Assembly: GCA_964188305.1 (NCBI GenBank)
Contig: OZ076885.1
DNA from: Podarcis bocagei
Lineage: Eukaryota
Length of the DNA stretch: 64,000 nt
Direction: 5' to 3' (one strand)
Shown here: positions 26,762 to 38,933 of the stretch, piece by piece
How positions within the stretch are numbered: the first letter of the stretch is position 1
Layout of the letters: each line of letters begins with the position of its first letter
The notes under the pieces: model-generated
Told to the model about the DNA's origin: nothing
The model's database searches: none
What the model saw: only the letters and a program-made list of their open reading frames with translations
Program-made: the position numbers and the translations under genes

Positions 26762-27300
26762 TTTGTGGGGGGAAGTGACGCTCACGTCACTCTCGCGTAC
26801 CTCGCATTCACCTCAGCAGCACCTTGGCAACCGAGAGCGGCCAACAGAACCGGACCAATGAGAGCCGAGAATTCTACTGGGTTGGGCGGGAGCTACGGAA
26901 AACGGACCGCGGTCATTGGCCAATGTGCGAGGAGCGACACAAAAAAGGAGGGTGCCTATTGGCTAGAGCTACAAGCGGGCACGGCGAGCTGGTAGCGGCG
27001 GAGCGCTGCGGGCGGCGCAGCAGGTGCGAGGGGGCGATGACAGTGTCGGAACCTCAGGGGGCCGCGGGCGGGGCCGAAGCGGTGCTCCCGAAGGAAGAGA
27101 TTCGACGGGTATGCGGGGCGGTTGTAAGCGGTCTGTTACCATGGCAACAGGCGGCGGTTGTTCGTTGCCATGGCTGCTCCTCAGCGGCTTCACCTGAGCG
27201 GGAAATGGGGGTCGGGTATGATGGGGATGGAAGTGCGAGGGCATCCCTGGAGGAAACCGATGGGCGGCAGAGGGGAGCGGGCCAGACCTGTAACAGCAAC
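26560..27300. promoter_or_regulatory. Bidirectional CpG-island promoter of COQ6 and FAM161B
   Basis: Start codons only 275 bp apart (26761/27037); CpG-rich; CCAAT boxes in both orientations (~26854, CATTGGCCAATG ~26914-26925, ~26958); YY1-type GCCGCCATTTT over the COQ6 ATG; GTGACG-CTCA-CGTCAC at 26775-26790; RFX X-boxes at 27135 and 27164. Confidence 0.85.
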
Positions 27301-30300
27301 AGTCACCACAAATAGCAAATAACAATTTAATTTAAACAAAATTATTTTTTTTTACAAGGAATAACCTCTCTCGTGCATCGGTGGGATCCCATTGCATGTG
27401 AACCCAAAGTTCAAGGGGTCTTTCTTTACTCCCAAGTTAACTGGGCACAGGCTTGTTGGGGGGGGGGGAAATGCTGGTTTAATAATAATAATTTATTATC
27501 TGTACCCCACCCATCTGGCTGGGTTTCCCCAGCCACTCTGGGTGGCTTCCAACAAGACCAAAAATACACTAAAATGTCACACATTTAAAACTTCCTTGAA
27601 GCCTTCAGATGTCTTCTGAATGTCAGGTAATTGTTTATCTCTTTGACATTTGATGGGAGGGCGTTCCACAGGGCGGGCGCCACTACCAAGAAGGCCCTCT
27701 GCCTGGTTCCCTGTAACCTCACTTCTCGCAGTGAGGGAACCGCCAGAAGGCCCTTGGCGCTGTATCTCAGTGTCCAGGCAGAACGATGGGGGTGGAGACG
27801 CTCCTTCAGGTATACAAAGTGCAAAGTGGTATACAGTATTTCAAATGGAAATGCATTTTCAAAATAGTTTTTTCTTCTGTGTTTGAAACCTTTGTTTTGC
27901 TGTTCTGATTTGCCTAGGTGTTTCCAATTAAAGCACAGTCTCCAGACTTGCAACTGGGTAGTAATGTTTCTCTGCCCGATGGCGGTGAGCTGCTAGATTT
28001 CCTCCAGTCAGAGGAACAAATAGTAGGTGCCTCGAATTCAGCAGAAGATTTTTACGACTCGCTTCAGGCCCTCAAAAGGAAAAACAGACAATGTTTGTTA
28101 GAACTAGGTCTGATGTACCAGGTACAGTTGGAAAACCACCTGGAACCACCAGAGGAGAACAAGGAGCTGGAAGATTTTTTCCAGGAAAATGGAAGGTTGA
28201 CATTGCCATCAAAGTTCCATGAAGCTTTGAGGTGAGATGCAAAAGAGTCTAATGAAATCCATACCATGATTCTCCTACGCAGGCATAAAGTTTTTACAGT
28301 GGTCTTGAATGCTCCTGTTGGACAACAGATTTCATAAAATAATGAAATAGATCTTAGTGTATCATTACTCCTAAACTATCTCATTTATTCAAAGTTCTCA
28401 AATATAACCTTTCTTTTGATTTATTTGGCATTGATAACATTATTTTTTACCATATCCTCAGATCTGGCAACCTAAGAAGGTTCAGTTCATTGACTAACAT
28501 CACTGCTGATAACCCAAAAGATGAGCAAAATCATCATTCGTTTCTTCAGTCCTTTTCAAGATCAAAGAGTGCTTCAGCTACATGGATCTCCCCTATCACT
28601 GTCCCTCAACCCTTCAATATGACACTTCGAGAAGCTCGCAGAAAGTTGAAGTCCCATGCATTGTTTGAAATTGAATCAGCTGAGTACAAAAGACAAAGCC
28701 TAGAAGAAGCTGAATGCCAGAAACAGTTCAGAGCACAACCTGTGCCTGCTCACATCTATCTGCCACTCTACCAAGAAATAATGGAAAAGAATGAAATTCG
28801 TAGACAGGTGGAAACACAAAAGAGAAGAGAACTACTCCTTTCAATGCAAAAACCTTTCAGTTTTCAGGAAAAAGAAGAAAAACGAAAGGAGGTCATCAGA
28901 CAGAAGATGCTAGAAGTATTGACTCCAGTTGAGAAATCAGTGCCAAAAGTCAGGAAGAAGATCCCCAAGTCCACCTATGAACCAATGTTTGGGGATAAAC
29001 TCAAAGGTAAAACAGCTTTTAATGCACTGTCAACAATATCTAATGGTGGTATGAAGGTATCGTCTTCATCTGCTATAGGAGACATTCCAGTTAGTAGATT
29101 CATTGTCTGTCATACCAGTACAAAAGAAATAAAAGAAAATAGGCCTTTTATCCTGCCATATCACAAAACACATTTCTTATCTCAGAGTGAGTAGGACCAA
29201 TCAGTGGAATTAGTAAAAACAGGACTCAGGGAAGGTGATCAACAATCACATAAAAATTAGGAGGAAACTTCTCTGATGCTACAGATTTGCAATGGTTGAT
29301 GAATTGGGCATCCTCAGGGCCTTGGCCTCTGCCCCACCTCATAAACCTCTGGAGCTGATTAGCCTGAAAAACGGTGATGGCTAGGAACTGTATCCTTCTC
29401 TTTAAGGTTGCCAACCTGTACCATCCCTTTGGGGAATTCTTCTTAATAGTAAAATGTATCCAGAAATGAATTGCTCCTCTTGGCTTGTTCCTGAAGCAGG
29501 GCTATGCAAATTTCATTTTTTTATTTTTTTAAATTAAATTTCTATACACTCCTTGATCTGAGGATCACCGGGCAGTTTACAATATAAAAACTCAAAAACA
29601 CAAAACACAGTAACATACAAAAACTATGCCTCCCCCCCACTGTTTAAAAGGCAATTGATTGTTTAATTAGCCAAAGGTCTGGGAGACTTCATGTTGATCA
29701 TTTTCCTTTCTAGAATACACAGGTTTTTGAAAAAGAACTTGAAAAAAAATAGAAAATAGAAATTTAAAAAGAATGAGCATTATTAAGTTGTGCTGCATGA
29801 TATATCCTGTAACTAGTTTTTTATTTGGAAAAGATACGTGTTAGGCAGTTTCAAATGTTCTGGATTTTCATTTTATTGCTTTTGCTTTAACGCTTGGCTC
29901 AACCATTAGCCTCTTTTGTTATTAGTGTCATTAACACTTTTCTTCTGTTGCATTAGCCAGATTTACATACCTTCTCCCAGCCCGTTCATTACTGTTCATC
30001 ACTGTTGCTTTTACTCCCCAGAAGCTGAACTCTTACGAAAAATCCGTATTCAGATGAGAGCCAAGGATTTATTGGAAAGTTCCTGGGCTCCTATTGAGCT
30101 TGGCAAGAGAAAAAAAGGATCCCAAATTACCTCTATAAACAGGGAGAAAAAACTGAGCTTTCTGCAAGATAACTTCAGTTTTAAACCAAGAATCAATACA
30201 TCTGTGCCTGACTTTGAAGGACTTTACTGGGCATTCCAGAGAGAAGCTTTAAGCAAACAAGAAATCAAAGAAACAACTCATAATAAACCATTCAGACTTA

Positions 30301-33300
30301 GAACATCTAATCTCTGTTGCAAACATCAAGTGCCTAGTTCGGGGATGATGGTAAAAGGGATTGCTTTTATCTTTGTACCACTTTGTATTCCTTTACATAC
30401 AAATCACTCATGAGTGCAAAACACCAAATATACTTTACCATCCATTTAACTCAGTGTTGAGATAGTTTTAGATCAAGGTCGGCTTTCTTTGGAACAAATG
30501 TTACGGAATAAAACAAGAAGAGTCTCAATGGCACCAACTTATGCTTGAAGTCTTAACAGTAGTAGTACTTCTATTGAAGTGTATTTCAAATAGTAAATAA
30601 CAGCTTTATTACTATTAATATTAAATAGCAAATCAGAGTGTCTGAACTAAATTTTGAAGGAAGGTAATCTGAAAAACAGAGAGAGAGATGAAGTTTTAGC
30701 CCCAGTAGACAAAATCAAAAATGACAAATCACCAAGCCCAGACAACATCCACCCAAGAGTTCTTAAAACACATAAATGTAAAATTGCTGAACAAAAATAT
30801 CTAAATTGTCTCTCAAATCAGCCTCCACACCCGAGGACTGGAAAGTGGCCAGTGTAACCCTAATTGTTTTTAAAGGAATCCTGGAAATTAAATGCTGTTT
30901 AGTTTAACAGCTGATCTCTCCCAGGAAAACTGGTGGAAAGTATTGTTAAATATTAGATCAGCAAAGCTTGTTCTTCTGTATTCTTGCTTAAGCAGATCTA
31001 CCATTACTTCTGCAAAGGCAAGTCCTGTCTCACCAACCAATTAGAATTCTTTGAGAGTGTCAGCAACCATATAGATAGAGGTTGAAACAGTGTATTCAGA
31101 CTTTTTAAAAAAGCTTTCAGCAAAGTGCCTCACCCAAGACCCTTGTGTAATCTTAGCCGTCGTGGAGTAAAAAGAGATATTTTCTTGTAAATCAGGAAAT
31201 GGTTATGTATGTAGCAGGATAACATCCTGTTGTGTACAGGATGTGTCACTTTCCACATCGGCAGCTCTTCACCCCACTTACCTGTCAGCATAATGTTTTA
31301 AAAATGTAAAAATGTGAACCTCATAAGAGACAAGCATTTGCAGGTTGATAATAACAAATAGCAAACACTATATATATTTGTGCATGCATGCATGCATGCA
31401 TACATACATATGAAGAGAGCACAGCTGCAACTAAGCATTGTACAAAAAGGTGTGTTTAAAAAAAAATCAATATTAAATATTCTTACTTTCAGGATTTTCA
31501 ACAACCTTCCAGGGCACCAATACAAAGGAGTCGGTCTTTGAATTACCTTTCTTCCCTCTCCTCCAACACACTTCCAATATATATCACAGATGCAGTGAGA
31601 AAGAGACAGTCTGCTATTAAGTGAGTAACTTACTCATTTAATTAAAGGTGGAACATCCTGATCCAGACAATGCCTTCAAAACCTTGTAATATAACCCTGC
31701 CTGTCCCACATGGCAGGTGGAGGCCACCTATGCTTTTGGATACCCCCCCTGAACAAAATTCCCAAAAGCCTGCTAAAATTCAGAGTTAAGAGAGTACCAC
31801 ATATACTTTGAACAATATTGTTTTAACTTGGATATATGAACTGGCTTTGTATATGTTTTGTTTTGGAAAGCTTAGTGATTTTATTTTGAAATAAGATCAT
31901 ATCCCATTATCTGCATGTATATTTATAGACGCCTTCAAGAGGATAAAAAATACAAGGAAAATGAAGGAGCTCGTTGGGCAGAGTTGCAGAGAAAGAGAGG
32001 TCAAGCTATGCATAAGTCTCTGAATTGCCGAGCAAAAGCTTTGGATCCCCATAAAAGCTTGGAGGAAACACACAGAGAAAAGCTGAAGCAAAACTGGTCA
32101 GTATGCTAATTGGCTTTGGTAGCGTACTATTGAAGCAAAATCATTTCAATTGGAATTACTGATAGCTCGGTATGAGAAATGGGTTTGAGCTTCAAGTGTT
32201 CATAGCCAACAGACAGCAGTCATATTATTTATTTACACTTCATGCTTATCTCACCACTATCCTTAGATATAATTGGTAACACAGCCCCAGAATTTGAAAA
32301 ATAATATATTGTACCGTATTTTTCGCACCATAGGACGCACTTTTTCCCTCCTAAAAAGCAAGGGAAAATGTGTGTGCGTCCTATGGAGCGAATGCAGGGG
32401 GAGGCAGGTGGGAAAAGCCCCCAAAAGCCGCACACAAGCTCCGTGTGCTCTTGCGGGCTTTTCCACAGGAGGGAGAAGGGACTGACTGGCCGCATCAGTC
32501 CCTTCTCCCACCTCCCAGGAAAGCCAGGAGAAGCCGTGCAGCCTTTTAAAGTGCGCGCGGCTTCTGCCGGTTTTGCGGGAGGTGGGGGAATTCCCCCACC
32601 TCCCAGGAAAGCCAGGAGAAGCCGCGCAGCCCCTTTAAAGAGCTCACGGCTTCTGCAGGCTTTTGCGAGAGGTGAGGGAATCCCCCCACCTCCCAGGAAA
32701 GCCAGGAGAAGCTGTGCAGCCCTTTTAAAGTGCGCGCGGCTTCTGCCGGTTTTGCGGGAGGTGGGGGAATTCCCCCACCTCCCAGGAAAGCCAGGAAAGC
32801 CCTGCGCAGCCCTTTTAAAGTGCGCGCGGCTTCTGCCGGTTTTGCGGGAGGTGGGGGAATTCCCCCACCTCCCAGGAAAGCCAGGAGAAGCCGTGCAGCT
32901 CTTTTAAAGTGCGCGCGGCTTCTGCCGGTTTTGCGGGAGGTGGGGGAATTCCCCCACCTCCCAGGAAAGCCAGGAGAAGCCGCGCAGCCCCTTTAAAGAG
33001 CTCAGGCTTCTGCAGGCTTTTGCGAGAGGTGAGGGAATTCCCCCACCTCCCAGAAAAGCCAGGAAAGCCCTGCGCAGCGTCTCCCGGCAAGGAGAGGCTG
33101 TACGGGGCTAAAGGGGAAGGCAAACCAGCAAGTGGGATCCATCCCGCTCGCTGCCTTGCCCTCTTCCATAGCTGCGCGCAACCCCTCCGCAAGGAGACGC
33201 TGCGCGGGGCTAAAGGGGAAGGCAAAACTGCGAGCGGGATCCATCCCGCTCGCTGCCTTGCCTTCTTCCATAGCTGCGCGCAACCCCTCCGCAAGGAGAC

Positions 33301-34063
33301 GCTGCGCGGGGCTAAAGGGGAAGGCAAAACTGCGAGCGGGATCCATCCCGCTCGCTGCCTTGCCTTCTTCCATAGCTGCGCGCAACCCCTCCGCAAGGAG
33401 ACGCTGCGCGGGGCTAAAGGGGAAGGCAAAACTGCGAGCGGGATCCATCCCGCTCGCTGCCTTGCCTTCTTCCATAGCTGCGCGCAATCCCTCCGCAAGG
33501 AGACGCTGCGCGGGGCTAAAGGGGAAGGCAAAACTGCGAGCGGGATCCATCCCGCTCGCTGCCTTGCCTTCTTCCATAGCTGCGCGCAACCCCTCCGCAA
33601 GGAGACGCTGCGCGGGGCTAAAGGGGAAGGCAAAACTGCGAGCGGGATCCATCCCGCTCGCTGCCTTGCCTTCTTCCATAGCTGCGCGCAATCCCTCCGC
33701 AAGGAGACGCTGCACGGGGCTATGGCTTCTTTAGCCCTGCGCAGCGTCTCCCAGCAAGGAGAGGCTGCATGGGGCTAAAGGGGAAGCCAAAACTTGGCTT
33801 GCTCCATAGCTGCGCACAACCCCTCCGGCAGGGAGAGGTTGTGCGCACCCTGTACGCTGCTCTTTGGGGCTGGGGGGGGGAAAGATTTTTTTCTTGATTT
33901 CCCCCCCTAAAAACTGGGTGCGCCCTATGGTCCGGTGCGCCCTATGGTGCGAAAAATACGGTAATAGAAAAGGGATTCAGATTTGGATCTAAAAGGCTTT
34001 CCCCAAAAAGCAACATCTCATTACTGTTCCCCTCTTCTCTGTCTGACTGGGTTTTTTAAAAAA

Positions 34064-34118
<55 letters not shown>

Positions 34119-36299
34119 TTCCCTGGGTGCTATCATGGACTGGATGAGCACTAATAAATTGTAACTGAATACTGACAAGGCAGAGATCCTATGGGTGGGA
34201 GTTTTTCAGTTTTGGGAAATTGAATTTGTACCCATTCTGGAGGTAGAGCATCATTTGAGGGTGCTGCTAGATCAATCACTGATGCTAGAGGCCCAGTTGG
34301 CTCTGAGCACCCATTACCAACTTTGGTTGATGCACCAACCTACCTTGTCCTACCTTGTTTTTAAGAAATGTTATTGCTTTTTTATTTTTATGTAAATTGC
34401 TTATAAATGTTTTGTTAAGCGGTATAAATATGTTATAAAGGAATTGCCAGGGAGCATAGGTGCCCAGATGTTCTTCCGCACCCACATAGCAGATCTATAT
34501 GCAGCCCATTTCTGTGGAGAGATTCCTATATCTAAATGTGCCTTCCTACCCGATAATTAAAAGTGCAGCACAGAGTAACTGAAGATGATGCATAGTACGG
34601 AAACCTTTTGTTTCAGGCAAAATGACCGAAAAAGAACACAAGAGTATAAAAAGGAACTAGAAGAGATGAAGTTGCGAGTGAAAAACAGACCATATATGTT
34701 TGAACAGGTCACAAAGGTAACTATTTTGGTATGGGGAAACTGTCAAGGTTTGGAGGATCAAACAGTAAATACCAGCTGGCTGTAGCAGGGAGTCAATATT
34801 CAAGTAACCGCTTTGCCATTCTGGAAGTCTGAAGGGTAAAAAAAACTTCATGGGAAAAAGAGTTTGGTAGGGAACAAAATTTAGTTGTTGACCAGCTGTA
34901 ATGATAGAGAAAATACTGTACACTAAATAGGAAAATATTGTTTTCAAAATAAACTGAGGTATATGTTTGAATATAATGGTGTTCAAAGAATTTGCAAACA
35001 TTTTAAAATATAACTGCTTCTTCCATATTGAGAGAAAATATCCAATTACTTTTCTAGTTTAGAGCGATCGCTTGGAATAACTGTAAATATTCATGAAGGG
35101 AAGAGGGCCTACTAAACCGCCTGTCTTCTGAATTCCACAGCAAGGTGCCCGTCAGGGGGCAGAGAAGCTTTTTCGAGACACCTTGCAGCAGTTTGGGTTG
35201 AATGAAGAATTTGTGAAAAGCAAAGGAGGAGACACCACTGACCTAGTAGGGAAGGAGCAGTCTGAATCACAAAGGTATTTAAAGAACAGAAAATCACCTG
35301 TAGCTTCGTAAAAAATAGTCTTCTACATTCACCTATTAGATATAGGGGCATTTATGCTGAGAAGGAAAGAAACTTGCACTTAACAAGCCATGAAGTTGTC
35401 AGTGAGTTACCAGACCCAATTCAAGATGAACTGACTTGGTACCAAATTACATGAAAGAGAATCTTCCCAAATAGGAAACTTACCTGTTTGGCAGGTGATG
35501 CCTTGTTGGTGATGGTGCCGCTGGGGGCTCCCCAGCTCGCAGTTCCATGTGACAGGGCCTCTTCAGCAGGAGTTCCCCATTCATAGGTCCTTCCTGGTTT
35601 GGCAGCAGCGCTGACTTGGGCGCCACAATGTCATAAAGTCATGGTGGCGAGGGGCCCACTGCATCCCAGAAGCACGTCCATGGCTGCAATGTGCCCCAAC
35701 AGAGGTCTCACGGCAGAGGCGCAGGCCCCGGCCCAGTCACCACCAGAGGTAAGGCACCAGCTGGCAGAGGCCAGGCCCCAGGGCCCTGGAGTTGGTGCCC
35801 CTGTTGTGCGGTGTGTCTCCCCTCATAATTGACTTTCAGGATTTTTAAAACACTCCTGTTTACTCAGACATTTCATGGCTGGGGAAAAAAATCTGTTCCT
35901 GGAAACCCTAAGATCACTTGTTGAAAGAATGTTTTTAGAATTTTAAAACTGGTTCATTATTGATGTGTTTAGCCACCCTGGACTCAGAAATAAACTGACA
36001 TAATAATAAAAGTCCCTGCTCACAGATTGGATTTAGGCTTGTCACACTGTCTAAAGTATCTTTCAATTCTTGTGAGGATGAAATATGGAAAACAGTATAT
36101 AGGATGTATGGAACTCCTTAGGAGTAGGATTCAGATGTGAACTTTGCAACTATGACCACCACTTCCAGTGATTTTATAGCGTGAAATTTTGAAATCACAA
36201 TTTTTAATCAACAGGACTCATAAGTCGCAGAGGAATACCAAAGCTGGCATTATACAAGAACTAGCTGAAGAGGGGCAAAGGATACTACAAACAAAGTAG
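27037..36299 (+). CDS. FAM161B: Protein FAM161B (UPF0564 domain, centrosomal/ciliary microtubule-associated), about 624 aa
   Basis: Exons 27037-27108, 27918-28231, 28462-29006, 30022-30350, 31493-31620, 31929-32096, 34617-34716, 35141-35274 join in frame; preferred last exon 36215-36299 (uncertain). Motifs ITVPQPFNMTLREAR, EEAECQKQFRAQPVPAHIYLPLY, EAELLRKIRIQMRA, AKALDPHKSLEE, RPYMFEQV. N-terminus MTVSEPQGAAGGAE resembles recalled human MTVGRPEGAPGGAE. Head-to-head with COQ6 as in mammals. Confidence 0.92.
27490..27812 (-). mobile_element. L2-type LINE 3' fragment (second copy ~54675-54995)
   Basis: Minus-strand translation LLAVPSLREVRLQGTRQRAFLVVAPALWNALP..FRRHLKA fits the typical L2 ORF2 C-terminus; homologous copy upstream of FBXO33. 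Confidence 0.75.
30640..31205 (+). mobile_element. Degenerate CR1 LINE reverse-transcriptase fragment
   Basis: Broken frames give KSPSPDNIHPRVLK, PEDWKVASVT, GKSCLTN, KAFSKVPH, which are CR1 ORF2 motifs. Confidence 0.8.
32507..33073. repeat. Minisatellite array A, ~89-bp unit, ~6 copies
   Basis: Repeating CCCACCTCCCAGGAAAGCCAGGAGAAGCC...TTTAAAGTGCGCGCGGCTTCTGCCGGTTTTGCGGGAGGTGGGGGAATTCC. Confidence 0.9.
33085..33720. repeat. Minisatellite array B, 102-bp unit, ~6 near-identical copies (degenerate tail to ~33850)
   Basis: Unit CGCAAGGAGACGCTGCGCGGGGCTAAAGGGGAAGGCAAAACTGCGAGCGGGATCCATCCCGCTCGC...; 34-aa periodicity in the ORF track. Confidence 0.92.
34063..34118. repeat. (TTA)n microsatellite
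   Basis: Direct reading. Confidence 0.95.
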
Positions 36300-36507
36300 G
36301 AACCCAGTGGAAGTCTTCAGGTGCCTAAAGCTCATTTCTCCCCTTTAATCAAATGTCATTAGATCAGGGTTAGGCAATTTCTTCAGCACGAAGAACTGAA
36401 GCTAATAAGCTTTTATATAAAAATTTGTAATCATAATATATACTAGATTATAGATAACAAATGTATTGCACTTCTTTAGGCAACCTCAAAAGATTTGGCA
36501 CCATCCC

Positions 36508-36710
36508 TCTCAGGTTACATACGCTTCAGGTTACAGACTCTGCTAACCCAGAAATAGTACCTCGGGTTAAGAACTTTACTTAAGGATGAGAACAGAAATC
36601 GAGCGGCGGCGGTGCAGCAGCAGCGGGAGGCCCCATTAGCTAAAGTGTTGTTTCAGGTTAAGAACGGACCTCCGGAACGAATTAAGTACGTAACCAGAGG
36701 TACCACTGTA
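36508..36710. mobile_element. Tc1/mariner (Tigger-like) MITE, left end truncated
   Basis: Right end GTAACCAGAGGTACCACTG followed by TA; repeated CAGGTTA/CGGGTTA subterminal motifs. Confidence 0.6.
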
Positions 36711-38379
36711 CTTGGGTGGGTGGAAGTGGGGAGGTATGTGCATATGCAGCCTGCTGTGCTGACACAGATCCTGGAAGTATCATCCTGTTTGGACGTTTCA
36801 TGCTAATGGTACCCATACAGATTCTGCACTAACTTAAATTGAAAAGTACCATACTAATGTTTTAAACGTTTATGCCTCTCAGGTTCAGAAAGCTGTACAA
36901 TGGAATTGCTACAGTAGATGTTTTTAGCCAGTTTTGTTTCTACAGACAGGTTGGCAACAAGGAGTTTTTAGATTTCCCTTCAGTAACTCATTTGCACTAT
37001 TTTTAAAAACAAAAGATGGCCAGAGGATATATGCTAAATCCTCTTCTCCATCCCTTGGCCATGCAAGGCTAATAAAATTATATTTTCCCTAGCAACCTAG
37101 ATTTCTTATTGTTACAAGTTCACTGAGATTTACAGTCCAAGATGCCATTATGATTCTATGCTGGCTTACTTGGAAGTAAGTCTGATTGAGGATAAATGGG
37201 CTTGCTTACAGATAAATGTGCTTAGGGAGTAAACTGAAGTGCCTATGCTCCAAAAGCAGTGGTATATTAGTCTAGTAGCAACTACTGAAAAGCATGATGA
37301 GTTGTTATTCCATCTGAACGTTTAGTAAAAATTAACTCTATTTTCAAAAACATGAATAAAAATCATTAAACCCAAGATTCATAGAATTTAAAGTAACATT
37401 TAAAGTTACTTTATTCATTGAGGACAGGTTGGGGGGGGACCTTTCTGACTCCATGGGCCAGATTCTTACCAAGATCTGCCTTGCAGGCCAAAATTGACGT
37501 GAGTGGGGCCACCCACTTCTCAAAAACCCTTGCTCACTGATCTCAGAGGCACAAAAAAGAAGTGGCAGGAGATTTGCAAAGCCTTTTCCAATTCCCAGAG
37601 GGTTGGGGATGTAAAGTGGGTGGGGAGACTTGCAAAAAGATTTAAAACAGCCTCTGCACTCCCTTTTGAGCAAATGAGAGCACAGGAGCTGCATTTAAAC
37701 CCTTTGCAAAAGCTACTTTGAAACAGCTTGCAAGTACACGTGAGCTGCTTCAAAAAGTGCTTTTGCACAGAACTTTTAATCCCTGCTCAGTTAATATTTT
37801 TTATGCTGTGCTGTATTCTTGTTCTAATGGTCTATAATTGTTTTTAAATATTTAAGCTGCTCAGAAAACTTTGTGAGTGGCACAAATACTGTATTTATTA
37901 TGCTCTGTCTGGTCCATATCAAACCATGTTAATTCTGAGCTCAGAGGCTGATTAAAAGATTTATGCATTTTCCTATTTTACAAGTAGAACTGTCTGAAGT
38001 AAATGAAAGCTTATGCTATAATAAATGTGCTTGACCTTAAAGGCATTACAAGATTAATTGTTTTCACCTTTTTATATGTTCACAAAAATATATGGTCTTT
38101 AAAATATAATGTAGAAACGTGATCTCCCCCCCCCCCGCCAAAAAAATAAAAATAAAATAAAATAAAGTGGAAGCTATAGGGGAAGCTTCAGCAACAGTAC
38201 TTTTGGTACAGAGTGGCCAATGAGAACATTCCTGCTCATTTTTGTTCTATTTTTCTGTTTAATTGTTTTACGTATATAGTAATAGGATTTTGTATTACAT
38301 ATAATTGCTTGGTACTTGGCTTTAAGGTACCCATGAGCATCTTTGAATAGGCAAAGAAAAACACAAAATGCACAAATAT

Positions 38380-38933
38380 CAGGAGTTGGAAGTAGATAGT
38401 TTATTTACAACTGAAGAATACTGAATAGATTCTACCTCTGATTATTTTTTTTTTAAATTAAGCCCTAATAATTAGAAATTAAAATCACAGCAAGAAGCAA
38501 GGGTGTCTGAGGCAATCCTCTGAACAACATCATGTCTTCGGTTTGGAGCAGAAACCATAGTAGAGAGTATATCCGCACCAAGCAAGGAGATGTGGAAGAT
38601 CTAGCTCAAAGAGAAACCACAAACCACCTGATAATTCAGAAGCAAGAACAGAACTGCAGTGCCTTGTTGCAGAATTCACTACCATCTAAAGATACTCCTC
38701 CAAGAAGAACGAGTCAGTATAATGCTGAGCTTATGATCAGCTTCAGGAGAGAAAAAAGTGGCTAGGAACTAGTTCCAAGAGCATTACCTCCTCACCTTTG
38801 GGGTGCCAGGTTCAACAGGAACAGTACCCTGTTCAGACATTAGTAAAAGCTCCTGAAGCCCTTCTTCGGAGGTTCCAGTGATTGAAGCAAACCATATTCC
38901 AGGCCTCTGTTCTGACAGGTCACAATAAGTACA
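38380..38933 (-). other. ZNF410: Probable terminal 3' UTR exon of ZNF410 with AATAAA (38405-38400)
   Basis: Donor AG|GTCAG at 40050/49, 8 nt after the stop; acceptor CTCTAG at 38934; TTTATT on + at 38400-38405. Confidence 0.55.

Larger units (their letters stand above)
32314..33961. mobile_element. Non-autonomous Tc1/mariner-superfamily (Tc2/pogo-like) element with internal minisatellites, in FAM161B intron 6
   Basis: TIRs CCGTATTTTTCGCACCATAGGACGCAC / GTGCGCCCTATGGTGCGAAAAATACGG (1 mismatch in 27), flanked by TA on both sides (32312-13, 33962-63); no transposase ORF. Confidence 0.85.

Noticed and set aside
26824-27036. Upstream in-frame extension of FAM161B (163-aa ORF in the track)
   Set aside because: Starts at TTG within the bidirectional promoter; similarity to FAM161B begins at ATG 27037.
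32507-33720. CRISPR-like appearance (regular palindromic repeats)
   Set aside because: No unique spacers (whole units repeat), no cas genes, vertebrate intron.
32368-33778. Long overlapping ORFs (179-295 aa) on both strands with 34-aa repeats
   Set aside because: By-product of a stop-poor GC-rich 102-bp (multiple of 3) tandem unit inside a MITE; mostly non-ATG starts and no domain similarity.
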